Positions 18,754-28,229 of a DNA stretch of 64,000 bases are shown one piece after another (the stretch's first letter is position 1; every line of letters starts with the position of its first letter). The notes beneath the pieces are model-generated. The model searched no databases and was not told where the DNA came from. It saw nothing but the letters and a program-made list of their open reading frames with translations. Source of the DNA: Patescibacteria group bacterium (GTDB taxonomy: Bacteria > Patescibacteriota > Patescibacteriia > UBA10025 > JAHIVO01); contig JBAZWB010000001.1 in NCBI GenBank assembly GCA_041660605.1, positions 622,503 through 686,502 on the forward strand, in the 5' to 3' direction. A program made the translations under genes and the position numbers.

Positions 18754-20382
18754 TTATATTTTTACGATCTGCCCAGGTTTCAATGTGTGTGAATTATTCA
18801 TCTTAGGCTGATGAGGACGAAAGTTATTTTTTGCTACAGGTTTAAATTTGGGTTTTTCTTGGATCGCCTCAGGATGCTTGTCGGGGCGCTTATTATAAAA
18901 ACTCTGTGGTTTTTGCATTAATGCCTGTTGCAAGGAAATTCCCTTATTACTGCTGTCCAGTGTAATGGTTTCCAATTTGCCTATTTCAATCTCTGTCTTT
19001 TTCTCAGGCTTATTGTGAAAATTAGGAGTACTTTTTGGATGGTTAAAGGCTGATTTTTTTTGAGGGGGTTTATCGTATCCCTTTTCTTCTTTCATTACTT
19101 CATCAACGCCGGTCCAGCGTACTATTTTCTCTTCTACAATTTTACGCGGTTTTGTATACCTTTCACGGGAAACTTTAACAACTTTTCCTTTGTTATTTGT
19201 TAAAGCTGCTTCCGGCGGTAACGTTGTTGCGGAAAATGGTTCAGAGGCAACACCATCAATCATTAATTTTAAATAAACATTATATTTCGTTAAATTCAAA
19301 AGATCATCTTCTGTAAAAGTAGGAAAAAATTCTTTTGCCAAAAATTCAGCATCTGCTGCACCGACCCTAAAGCACATTATGGTACCAACGTTACCAAAAA
19401 CCGCAGCTCTCACTTCTTCATCCAGCTGTTCGATGTATTGATGAGCAAGAACTAAACTAAGTCTGTATTTTCTCGCTTCAGATAAAATACTGGCAAAACT
19501 TTCTGTGGCAAAATTTTGAAATTCGTCTACATACAAATAAAAATCTTGCCTGTCCTTTTCTTCAATGTCAACGCGGCTCATAGCGGCCAATTGTATGCGG
19601 GTTATCATCATGGCGCCCAATAAGGAAGAGTTATCTTCACCAATTCTACCCTTGGATAAGTTAAGCAGTAATATCTTATGATTATCCATCAAATTTCGTA
19701 AATCGATGGTACTTTTTGGTTGTCCAACGATATTCCTGATGATTGCGCTTGAGAGGAACTGCCCCACTTTATTTTGAATAGGCGCTATCGCTTCGTTTCT
19801 AAAATTTGTATTGTAGTTTGCGTATTCATCTACCCAGAAACTTTTTACAATCGGATCAGTTAATTTGGATACTACTTTTTGCCTGTATCTTTTATCAACC
19901 AAAATTCTGGCAATGCCGAGCATCGTCGAGCCAGGAGATTCCAAAAGGGCTAAAATTGCGTTATTTAATATATATTCCATTCTAGCGCTCCAGACACCTT
20001 CCCATATTTTTGTGAAAACACCCATTAATCCGGAAGCAACTAAATGGCGCTGAGCCGGATCAACGCTTTCCAGGACATTAAAACCGATAGGAAAATCTAC
20101 ATCTGCCGGATTGAAATAAATTACGTCGTTAATACGATATGATGGGATATACTCAATTACTTTTTCAACTAGATCGCCGTGCGGATCAACTAGGGCCAGG
20201 CCGCGCCCAGATCTAATGTCAGAAATGACCATATTTTCCAAAACGGTAGTTTTCCCCATTCCAGTTTTACCGATTAAATACATATGCCGGCGCCGGTCGT
20301 CTTCTTTTATGCCAAAAACATTGTTCGCATTGCGAAAATTTGTTTTTGCAAAAGGCGTAATGTCGCTCTTATTATTTTCCAT
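18754..20382 (-). CDS. VirD4/TraD/TrwB-like (HerA-FtsK fold) ATPase
   Basis: DRRRHMYLIGKTGMGKT Walker A, VDPHGDL, FYLYVDEFQNF Walker B, LSEARKY.L.L.LAHQY..QL, VFGNVGT. Confidence 0.88.
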   Translation of the reverse strand: MENNKSDITPFAKTNFRNANNVFGIKEDDRRRHMYLIGKTGMGKTTVLENMVISDIRSGRGLALVDPHGDLVEKVIEYIPSYRINDVIYFNPADVDFPIGFNVLESVDPAQRHLVASGLMGVFTKIWEGVWSARMEYILNNAILALLESPGSTMLGIARILVDKRYRQKVVSKLTDPIVKSFWVDEYANYNTNFRNEAIAPIQNKVGQFLSSAIIRNIVGQPKSTIDLRNLMDNHKILLLNLSKGRIGEDNSSLLGAMMITRIQLAAMSRVDIEEKDRQDFYLYVDEFQNFATESFASILSEARKYRLSLVLAHQYIEQLDEEVRAAVFGNVGTIMCFRVGAADAEFLAKEFFPTFTEDDLLNLTKYNVYLKLMIDGVASEPFSATTLPPEAALTNNKGKVVKVSRERYTKPRKIVEEKIVRWTGVDEVMKEEKGYDKPPQKKSAFNHPKSTPNFHNKPEKKTEIEIGKLETITLDSSNKGISLQQALMQKPQSFYNKRPDKHPEAIQEKPKFKPVAKNNFRPHQPKMNNSHTLKPGQIVKI

Positions 20383-20384
20383 AA

Positions 20385-21809
20385 TTAAGCAAATGGTAAA
20401 TTAACAGGCGGTGTACCTTTAGGTTCGGCAGTTGACGTCGGCTTACCAGAGGCAGGTTTAGATGGTTGTTTCGAAAAAACGCTTTCTTCTTCCATTGGTA
20501 ATCCCATAGGCGGAGTTGATTTTCTTGCGTCAACCGTCTGTACGGAAGGTACTTTTATGTCAATTTGTGGGAAATGCCATAATGTAGCCAATTCTTCTAT
20601 ATTCAGAACGAATCCCGGCCTGCCTCTTTTCATGCTTCTATATCTATAACCCCATAAAATTCTTCTAATTCTACCTAGTAATCTTGTTTTTATGAAATAG
20701 TAGTCAATTTTAGTCCTGGTTTTTTTATTAACAACAAAACCATTTAAATTCTGCGAAGTAAATTGCGCGAATGCGCCGTTTATTGCATACGTACCCTTAG
20801 ACTTATTAAATCTGTCTTTTGGTGCTGAATATATGTATCTAATTTTTGTTTTGAAGCCAAGCTTGCCGATTTTCATGCCAACTGCTTCTACCACCTCTTT
20901 TTCCTGGGGAGATAAATGCTGCATCATACTCGGCCATTCCCTCTCTTTTTTTTGCTTTTGTTCGCCCATTTCAGTAGTTGGGACAAATGTAGCGGTAAAT
21001 GATTCAGATAACCCCCGACCTATTTCCCTGGGAAAATACATCAGATCAACTCCTTTTTTATCAGATTTCTTGCCAATCAGCTTATTAATGAGTGCTAAAC
21101 CTTTTTTCCTCCATTCCTCTCCAACTGGCGCTATGATAATTTGTATCCATAAGCTCTCTCCGGGACCCATGCGACTCATAATTTCTAAAATTGAAGCCAT
21201 GGGATCCATTAATTTCTGCGATAAACTGTGCTCAAATAACGGATAAGTCCGTATCGGATATAAATCGGTATTTTGTAATTTGAATTCTGTCCCCCATATA
21301 TCATATTTAGGATGATAAAATTCTAAAGGTTTTGGTATCATATCAACATAATCCTCAACTTCGGTAATTTCAGCATCTGGATACTGCGCATAAACGGCCG
21401 CTTCAACTAAATCGCGAAACTTAACTGGAGTGCGAATTAAAAACTGGATATACCCTTCTATACTGACAATTTCCAAACTAAAGCTTGGCTGCGTATATCC
21501 TTTGATATATTTATCTTTTAAATTTCCAGATTTTTTTATGCCGTACAAATGAGAAAAAATATGTTCAACAGCCTTAGGACTTTGTTCATTATTTTTAGGA
21601 ATGTCAATTGCCAAAAGGACAAACTTCAAGGAACTATCATAACGATTGCGAATATACTCCTTATATGCTTCCCATAATCCCCAAAATATTACAGCTAGCA
21701 CGAAAATCCATCCGCCTTTGAGAAAAATAAAAACCATGGCACTTAACGGGTTTGAAGTGCTTGGCAGGGAGTTAAATAATGTTACCGGATCAAAAAGTAA
21801 AAAATTCAT
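20385..21809 (-). CDS. Membrane-anchored conserved hypothetical protein, probable partner of the adjacent ATPase
   Basis: One N-terminal TM; FSLEIVS, AQYPDAEI, YPIRTY..F, LNIEELATLWHFP, Pro-rich tail; 2-nt gap to the ATPase. Confidence 0.6.
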   Translation of the reverse strand: MNFLLFDPVTLFNSLPSTSNPLSAMVFIFLKGGWIFVLAVIFWGLWEAYKEYIRNRYDSSLKFVLLAIDIPKNNEQSPKAVEHIFSHLYGIKKSGNLKDKYIKGYTQPSFSLEIVSIEGYIQFLIRTPVKFRDLVEAAVYAQYPDAEITEVEDYVDMIPKPLEFYHPKYDIWGTEFKLQNTDLYPIRTYPLFEHSLSQKLMDPMASILEIMSRMGPGESLWIQIIIAPVGEEWRKKGLALINKLIGKKSDKKGVDLMYFPREIGRGLSESFTATFVPTTEMGEQKQKKEREWPSMMQHLSPQEKEVVEAVGMKIGKLGFKTKIRYIYSAPKDRFNKSKGTYAINGAFAQFTSQNLNGFVVNKKTRTKIDYYFIKTRLLGRIRRILWGYRYRSMKRGRPGFVLNIEELATLWHFPQIDIKVPSVQTVDARKSTPPMGLPMEEESVFSKQPSKPASGKPTSTAEPKGTPPVNLPFA

Positions 21810-21828
21810 TTCGTTGCTAATTTTGTTT

Positions 21829-22944
21829 TTACTCCACTAATGCATATGTCCCATCCGAGAGTTTTTTGAATTTTGTTTTATCGGTTAGCGCTAAATGAAT
21901 GGTATTCTTTTTTACCAGTCTTTGTTCAAGTACTTTCTCAACTAAATCATCGCGCGTTAATGGTTTTTCATTTTTTTGAATAATCTCTTTCAATACGTTG
22001 GCCACTACCCCAGGCTTATATCCCCACTCTTTCAGAGCATAAATGCCTCGGCCGACTAGCACATATTGATCGTTTAATATAAGTTCGTTATGGACAGTCG
22101 GAGGATAGGCTTTTCTGGTGTCAAATTTTGCGTCATTTATTCTTTTTGCAATCTCCGTAAAATGAAGAGGTTTACCATATTTTTTTAAAATTAAATAAAT
22201 TTTATCATTCATTCTTTTCGGAATTATACTCCCCCACTCAATTAATCCATATTCGTTAAAAGGATTTTTAGATATTTTCGAGCTTATTTCCAGATATGAA
22301 TGAATCGCTTCTACAGACAGTTGGATCTGATTTTTTTGGTAAAACTCGGTTTTTTGAAATTCTGAAATTACGTCATCTAGAATTACCGGTTTACTTTTTT
22401 CCTGAATTATTCGAAGTAACTCATTAATGGATTCTTTCATCAATAATATTGGCGCATGCAATATCTGCCATGATTTTTTAAATTCAATACTGAGTTTGAT
22501 TTCTTTGAATTTATGCTTAAGTAATTCAGAAATGATAAATATAATATTCTGACGATTAATTGAAGTATCTCCAACCGCCTGTAATAAAAGTTTAAGCATC
22601 ATTTCTTGATTTATTACTCCGCCATATTGTTCCAAAACAGAAAAAATTGTAGCTTCAACTGGCGAAATAATGTCGTTGAAGTTCTTTATCTTTTTAATTT
22701 TTTTTATCCCCGTTGACTCAATCTGCCTTATTCGCTCTCTGGTCACCTGATATGTTTCTCCAATTTTTTCTAAAGTTTCTCTTTCTTTGCCTAGTAATCC
22801 ATGGCGTCTCCTCAATACATCCTCTTCCCGTGAAGTAAGATTTTTTAATAATAAAGAGACTACTTCCGTAGGATTAAATTGCTCAATCTCATTCGTTTTT
22901 TTACTGCTAATTATACGGTCTAAAATTGAATTATTTTGATCCAT
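21829..22944 (-). CDS. sigma70 region-4 domain fused to winged-helix (HARE-HTH/RNAP delta-like) domains
   Basis: LTSREEDVLRRRHGL...ETLEKIG..YQVTRERIRQIE; GKPLHFTEIA...TVHNELI...VLVGRGIYALKEW; no sigma region 2. Confidence 0.75.
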   Translation of the reverse strand: MDQNNSILDRIISSKKTNEIEQFNPTEVVSLLLKNLTSREEDVLRRRHGLLGKERETLEKIGETYQVTRERIRQIESTGIKKIKKIKNFNDIISPVEATIFSVLEQYGGVINQEMMLKLLLQAVGDTSINRQNIIFIISELLKHKFKEIKLSIEFKKSWQILHAPILLMKESINELLRIIQEKSKPVILDDVISEFQKTEFYQKNQIQLSVEAIHSYLEISSKISKNPFNEYGLIEWGSIIPKRMNDKIYLILKKYGKPLHFTEIAKRINDAKFDTRKAYPPTVHNELILNDQYVLVGRGIYALKEWGYKPGVVANVLKEIIQKNEKPLTRDDLVEKVLEQRLVKKNTIHLALTDKTKFKKLSDGTYALVE

Positions 22945-22972
22945 AGCATTAATTTAATGAAATAACATCTTT

Positions 22973-23001
22973 AGTATAGCATACTTTGGTATTTGTGTCA
23001 A
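22973..23001 (-). promoter_or_regulatory. sigma70-type promoter upstream of the sigma-r4/HTH gene
   Basis: TTGACA-N17-TATACT with extended -10 (TGc). Confidence 0.75.
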
Positions 23002-23098
23002 GAGATTCCTCTGATTAAAACAAATTATTGATTTATTTGCAAATAAAAAAACATACATATTAATATATATGGGTATTGAAATTTATACTTATTTAACT

Positions 23099-24004
23099 TT
23101 ATTTGTTGGGTCTGAGTGAAAAATTTCTCCAAACTACAAGCAATGGGCTGGCAATGAATATAGATGAATATGTACCTGCAGTTATGCCGATCAGCAAAGC
23201 TAGAATGAAATACTGGATTGAACTTCCCCCGAATAAATACAGTGCCAGTAAAACTAATAATGTAGTCAATGATGTGTTTAGTGATCTAACCATCGTTTGA
23301 TTAACACTTTCATTTACCGTTTGTTCGAAAGTTTTTTCTGCATGCAATTTCAATCTTTCTCTTATTCTATCATAAACCACGATGGTGTCATGCACTGAGA
23401 ATCCCAAAACGGTAAGTAAAGCAGTGATAAATAATATATCGATCTCTACGTTAAAAAATTTTCCTAAAATTGCAAAGATCCCCACTACTATAAAAATATC
23501 ATGGACTAAAGCTATGACAGCACCCAATCCATACACCCATGGTTTAACGATATTGCCTGAAATTTTTCGAAAAGCAAAAGATATATAGAGAATTATCGAT
23601 AGTAAAACCAGTATCACAGCTATTATGGCTTTCTGTTTCAGCTCTTGCCCTATAATCGGGCCGATTGATTCAAAACTTCCTTCCTGTACATCAGGATATT
23701 TAATTTTTAATTTTGCTAAAATATCCTGATATGTCTGATTATCAATATTTTTAAGTCTGATTGTAAATTCGTTATTTCCTAGCGGCTGAACAAATATATT
23801 ATTGTCATTGGCAACTTCATTTACTAGGCTTTTGATATCACTGATTGACGGCTGTTCATTTGGGATTGTTACTCTGATCAAACTGCCACCAGTAAAATCG
23901 ATGCCCAGTTTCAAACCGCCCATGGCAATTGCAATAATGCCGGGAATCATAATAATCGCCGAAACTATAAACCAGATATTTCTTTTACCAATTAAATTAA
24001 ACAT
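23099..24004 (-). CDS. secF: Protein translocase subunit SecF
   Basis: GLKLGIDFTGGS, IGP.IG.EL, ALVHD, GFSVHDTIVVYDRIRE, RSLNTS.TT, GTYSSIFIA. Confidence 0.97.
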   Translation of the reverse strand: MFNLIGKRNIWFIVSAIIMIPGIIAIAMGGLKLGIDFTGGSLIRVTIPNEQPSISDIKSLVNEVANDNNIFVQPLGNNEFTIRLKNIDNQTYQDILAKLKIKYPDVQEGSFESIGPIIGQELKQKAIIAVILVLLSIILYISFAFRKISGNIVKPWVYGLGAVIALVHDIFIVVGIFAILGKFFNVEIDILFITALLTVLGFSVHDTIVVYDRIRERLKLHAEKTFEQTVNESVNQTMVRSLNTSLTTLLVLLALYLFGGSSIQYFILALLIGITAGTYSSIFIASPLLVVWRNFSLRPNK

Positions 24005-24007
24005 AAA

Positions 24008-25687
24008 TTAACTCTGTTGAATTTTATTTTTAAGTGTTCGGCCAATTAATCCCAGATGCTTCTCAAGCCAGCCAGAAACCAGCAGTCGTAAAAACGTTCT
24101 GGTAACGGTAATTGCCGAAAACATGCTGACCAAAACACCGATACCCAGGGTTATAGCAAAGCCTTTAATAACACTAGTTCCGAACCAGGCCAGGATAAAA
24201 CACGTAATTAAGCTTGATATATTCGAATCACGGATTGAAAGCCAGGCCCGACTAAATCCTTCTTCAATTGCCAGACCTAAATTTTTACCATCTCTTAATT
24301 CTTCACGTGTGCGCTCAAAAATAAGTATATTTGCGTCTACGGCCATTCCGATTGATAATATAAAACCAGCGATTCCTGCCAAGGTTAAAGTGATGCCAGT
24401 TAATTTGAAAATTGAAACGGTAATTAAGGCATATATAAACAAGGCGATAACCGATATCAATCCTGGCAGGCGATAATAAACTATCATGAATATAGCCACC
24501 AAAGTTAAACCGATTACACCGGCTAATAAGCTTTTTTGTACTGATGCCTGGCCCAGTGTTGCGCCGATCGAATTTTGAGATACCAAAGTGATCGGTACCG
24601 GCAGAGCGCCGGCATTCAACCTCTGTACAAGCATTTTAGCTTCTTCAAGAGTAAATCCACCACCACCTGATATTACCGCACTACCATCTAAAATTGGCTC
24701 ATTCACTTTCGGTAAGGAGATCGGAGAACCATCCAAATATATGCCAACCACTTTACCGACATTTCGTTTTGTAATTTCAGCAAATAAATCCCTTCCTTCT
24801 GTATTAAATTCCAGCAAGACCTGGGGCTCATTTGTGTTTTGATCAAATTGGACGGAAGCGCGTTTTAATTCTTTACCCGAAAGTCCAGTATTGGTAAATT
24901 GCGTCTGCCCTGTAGTTGACTGTTTAGTAAATAGAATATGACTGGCGCTGACTTGATTGTCCTTTTCTCCAGTTTTTTTGATGATATGATAACCAAAATC
25001 CGTTTCTACGATCTCAGGATAGATTTCGTCAACTTTCATCTTATCAAAAACTACATTGGCAAATTCAGGCACCATCTGTTCTCTGGTAAAAAAGCCGAGA
25101 TCACCACCTTTTTTCTCTTGAGTTGTCTGATCGGTATTTCCCGGATCCTGCGAATATTGGTTAGCTAAAGCTGCAAAATCTGCGTTAGGCTTGAGTGCTT
25201 CCTGCAGAATTTCAGCCGCTTTTTGCTTAGCCTGAGCATTTGCATCGTCAATGGTTTTAATCTGATCAGCAGTAAGCGTGGTAGTAGTCTCCTCTTTAAA
25301 TTCCAAAAGAGGGGTCTCACCAATCATTTTTATTGCTTCATCGACATTTGTAACGCCAGCTAATTCCACAATAACCCGCCATTTTTCCCCTACTTTACTA
25401 GTTTGTATAACAGGCTCGGAAACGCCAAAAGCATTTACCCTGCGTTCAATTACGTCACGGACGCCATCAATAGAGGAGGCCTGGTCAGCGGCTGGAACTT
25501 GAGAAACATTCGCATCATATACTAATTGGGTTCCTCCCTGTAAATCCAAGCCTAAATGAATTTTTACTTCTTTAAAATAACTGCCAATATGGATATCCGG
25601 GCCTTTAGGATAAGCAAATAAACCGGCCAAAATAGCCAAAATAATAATACCCGCAAATGTCAGCCAGATTTTTTTCCTAAAACTCAT
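24008..25687 (-). CDS. secD: Protein translocase subunit SecD with inserted parvulin-type PPIase domain
   Basis: LGLDLQGG, IERRVNAFGVSEP.I, LNAGALPVP, LTLAGIAGFILSIGMAVDANILIFER.REE; insert DFAALANQYSQD...GGDLGFF...FGYHII. Confidence 0.96.
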   Translation of the reverse strand: MSFRKKIWLTFAGIIILAILAGLFAYPKGPDIHIGSYFKEVKIHLGLDLQGGTQLVYDANVSQVPAADQASSIDGVRDVIERRVNAFGVSEPVIQTSKVGEKWRVIVELAGVTNVDEAIKMIGETPLLEFKEETTTTLTADQIKTIDDANAQAKQKAAEILQEALKPNADFAALANQYSQDPGNTDQTTQEKKGGDLGFFTREQMVPEFANVVFDKMKVDEIYPEIVETDFGYHIIKKTGEKDNQVSASHILFTKQSTTGQTQFTNTGLSGKELKRASVQFDQNTNEPQVLLEFNTEGRDLFAEITKRNVGKVVGIYLDGSPISLPKVNEPILDGSAVISGGGGFTLEEAKMLVQRLNAGALPVPITLVSQNSIGATLGQASVQKSLLAGVIGLTLVAIFMIVYYRLPGLISVIALFIYALITVSIFKLTGITLTLAGIAGFILSIGMAVDANILIFERTREELRDGKNLGLAIEEGFSRAWLSIRDSNISSLITCFILAWFGTSVIKGFAITLGIGVLVSMFSAITVTRTFLRLLVSGWLEKHLGLIGRTLKNKIQQS

Positions 25688-25780
25688 AAATTAAATATAA
25701 AAAAAAGACAGATATATATCATATTCATAATACTGTCTATTATATCAAATTAGTTTATTTATGGCTATAGAAGGAATTAT

Positions 25781-27187
25781 CTATGGCTGAACAATTACCG
25801 TTGTGCCAATAGATGTGAAATTATAGAGCCATTCTGCATCCGGATAAGCAATATTTACGCAGCCATGACTCATCTTATGTCCAAAATTGTTATGCCAATA
25901 GGCTCCATGCAATAACCGGCTGCCATCAAAACGCATGTTCCACAAAGTATTTGGTAAATAGTAATCCGGACCGGAATAAAGCTTTGAATAAATTTTTTGG
26001 CTGACCTTAAAATTTCCAGGCTGCGTATCCATTCCTGGGATTCCAGTTGAAACTAAAAAAGTTTTTAATAGCAGGCCGCCTTCGTAGGCCCACAATCTTT
26101 GTTCTGATATATCAACAAGAATTTTTGAAACTTTACCCTGATAATTTTTTTTATTTGGTATAGTTATTAGTTCATCATCTCCATCTCCATTAATGTCACC
26201 GCTTGCAATATTTACTCCGCCTCTGAAATCATTTTCATATGCAAAGAAATTTAGACTTTTCACTTCTCCATAAGCCTCAAAAGCTCTGACTTGCGGCCCC
26301 CCGCCTGTATTAGCTGCCGCGACTATTTCATCTAATCCGTCTCCGTCAATATCCGCACCGGCTAAATTTACCCCACCCATAAAATTTTGTGGAAAAGCTT
26401 TAAACTCGCCTAATGGCGGCTGATTAGCACCAACTTTAATTACTTTTATCCAGGCGGAGTCCTGGCTTTGAACACCGAGAATTAATTCATCTTCTATACC
26501 GCCATCAACATTAGCGACAGCCAGACTAACGCCGCCTGTAAAATCTGGATGAAATGGGTAGACATTAAAATCCAGCTTATCGCCATAACGATTAAAGATA
26601 TTTACTTTCGGTTCAGTATTATAAGCTGGAGCTACGATAATTTCTTTCAGTCCGCCTCCGTCAATATCCCCTACTGCAACATTAAATCCAGCTTTCATAT
26701 TTCTGTCATAGGCAAAAAATCCGGGAGTAAATACCGGTTCACCATATCTATTAAATACTCTAATATGGGCCGAGCCTTCTGATTTCGGTGCTGTTACTAT
26801 TTCCGCATTACCATCTCCATCCAAATCACCGCAAGCGACATTCACCCCTCCATGAAATTTGACGTCATAAGCAAAAAATCCGGGAGTAAAAACAGCGCTT
26901 CCCTTACTATCAAAAATTCTGACCTGAGGGCCTCCGCCTATACCGGCACTAACTACAATTTCATCGACACCATTCCCATCCAGATCACATATAGCAACCG
27001 ATCCGCCACCGTTAAAATTCTGTCCGAAAGGAGTAATACTATCCCGTATAGGAGAAGAATCAGCTTTAAATATTTTTATCTCTGTACTTCTTTCATCAAA
27101 CGCGCTAGCAATCCTAGGTAAAACAAAAAAACACGTTATTAATATAAATAATACGTATAATTTCAGCATTTTGCTGATTTTAGCCAT
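25781..27187 (-). CDS. Secreted FG-GAP/VCBS-repeat protein with C-terminal L,D-transpeptidase (YkuD) domain
   Basis: Signal peptide; about 6 repeats F.GGV.VA.GD.DGDG.DEI; ILVDISEQRL, VSTG, LHGAYWHNNFG..MSHGCVN. Confidence 0.88.
   Translation of the reverse strand: MAKISKMLKLYVLFILITCFFVLPRIASAFDERSTEIKIFKADSSPIRDSITPFGQNFNGGGSVAICDLDGNGVDEIVVSAGIGGGPQVRIFDSKGSAVFTPGFFAYDVKFHGGVNVACGDLDGDGNAEIVTAPKSEGSAHIRVFNRYGEPVFTPGFFAYDRNMKAGFNVAVGDIDGGGLKEIIVAPAYNTEPKVNIFNRYGDKLDFNVYPFHPDFTGGVSLAVANVDGGIEDELILGVQSQDSAWIKVIKVGANQPPLGEFKAFPQNFMGGVNLAGADIDGDGLDEIVAAANTGGGPQVRAFEAYGEVKSLNFFAYENDFRGGVNIASGDINGDGDDELITIPNKKNYQGKVSKILVDISEQRLWAYEGGLLLKTFLVSTGIPGMDTQPGNFKVSQKIYSKLYSGPDYYLPNTLWNMRFDGSRLLHGAYWHNNFGHKMSHGCVNIAYPDAEWLYNFTSIGTTVIVQP
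26712..26890. repeat. Identical 20-bp direct repeat inside two FG-GAP units
   Basis: gcaaaaaatccgggagtaaa at 26712-26731 and 26871-26890 (159 bp apart), both within VFTPGFFAYD. Confidence 0.85.
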
Positions 27188-27219
27188 AATTTTTTTATTT
27201 ATTTTTGCTTTATGTATTT

Positions 27220-27248
27220 ATTCTATCATATTTTTATGTTTTTGTAAA
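27220..27248 (-). promoter_or_regulatory. Probable promoter of the L,D-transpeptidase gene
   Basis: TTTACA-N17-TAGAAT with extended -10 (TGa). Confidence 0.55.
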
Positions 27249-27293
27249 GTACAATCTTCTGAAAAACACAGGATTACGTCTAAATATCAAATC

Positions 27294-27827
27294 TTACTTC
27301 GCCTTGTCAATCAAATCATCCAGCATCTTTTTCAAATTCCCAGTAATTTTTTCATTATTAATCTCATTTTTTTCGTTAAAAAGATTTTCAACAAATGGAA
27401 AATATATTGCCGGAATCACAATTTGAAAACCAAGATAGACTGCTATATTGATAAAATTTTCTACTGCTCGGGCTCCGCCAATTGCTCCAGACGATACGCC
27501 ACATAAACCTAAAGGTTTGCCTTTTGCCTGTTTTCCAATTTTATCAATAAAAATTTTTAATTCACCGGGAAAAGCATGATTGTATTCAGGCATTACTATG
27601 ATTAATCCATTTGCATTATTAATTATTTCCTGAACTTGTTTGACTAGTTCACCAGTTTCCTTCGGTGCTATTGTAGCGGAAGATAAATAATTTTTAATAT
27701 CAATTATTTCACTGCTAATGCTTTTGATTTTTTTTATTTCATTTAAAACAAATCGTGCAACTTTTTCGGATAATCTGCCTTCTCTCGCTGTGCCAAGAAT
27801 AATTGGGATATTAAATCGGTTGGTCAT
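27294..27827 (-). CDS. NAD(P)H-dependent FMN reductase (flavodoxin-like)
   Basis: ILGTAREGRLS, PEYNHAFPGELK.FID, GVSSGAIGGARA. Confidence 0.9.
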   Translation of the reverse strand: MTNRFNIPIILGTAREGRLSEKVARFVLNEIKKIKSISSEIIDIKNYLSSATIAPKETGELVKQVQEIINNANGLIIVMPEYNHAFPGELKIFIDKIGKQAKGKPLGLCGVSSGAIGGARAVENFINIAVYLGFQIVIPAIYFPFVENLFNEKNEINNEKITGNLKKMLDDLIDKAK

Positions 27828-27842
27828 ATAAAATATTATTTA

Positions 27843-28223
27843 TTATTTTGAATAAAAGATAAAAAATAATGAGATGAAAGTTGACCAAAAAAACGCCGCA
27901 AGTAATAAAGTATTAAATATTCCCAATAGTAAGTAGCTGGTATTATAACCTTTTATAGCCAAATAAAAACTGCAAATCAGGGTGTATAGGCTTATTACAA
28001 TATACAGATAAGTCCAAGTATTAGCGTCGATTTTTTCAGAAAAATATGAATGAGATGAACCTAACTGGATGATAACTGGCAAAAAAAATAATCCAAAAAT
28101 TGTTACAAGCCACAGCAGACCCAGTGTTCCATAAACAAAAATCTTCTTTGAAACTCCCGGATCCTTTTCGGCTGTTTCCAATGGATTTGATGAATCTAAT
28201 TGAAAGGCTCGGTTGGTAGGCAC
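27843..28223 (-). CDS. Hypothetical 3-TM membrane protein
   Basis: Three hydrophobic segments; co-oriented, 6 nt after the ABC permease. Confidence 0.5.
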   Translation of the reverse strand: MPTNRAFQLDSSNPLETAEKDPGVSKKIFVYGTLGLLWLVTIFGLFFLPVIIQLGSSHSYFSEKIDANTWTYLYIVISLYTLICSFYLAIKGYNTSYLLLGIFNTLLLAAFFWSTFISLFFIFYSK

Positions 28224-28229
28224 AATTGA

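Noticed and set aside
18754-21809. Integrative conjugative element
   Set aside because: No integrase, relaxase, VirB genes or att-like repeats seen; flanks are housekeeping genes.
21829-22944. A true sigma factor (rpoD)
   Set aside because: Only region 4 is recognisable; regions 1.2 and 2 are absent.
26712-26890. 20-bp direct repeat as a CRISPR or att site
   Set aside because: Only two copies, in frame within protein repeats, and no cas or integrase genes.
27171-27506. Plus-strand ORFs of 111 and 73 aa
   Set aside because: They overlap the FMN reductase antisense and an AT-rich promoter region, with no recognisable motifs.
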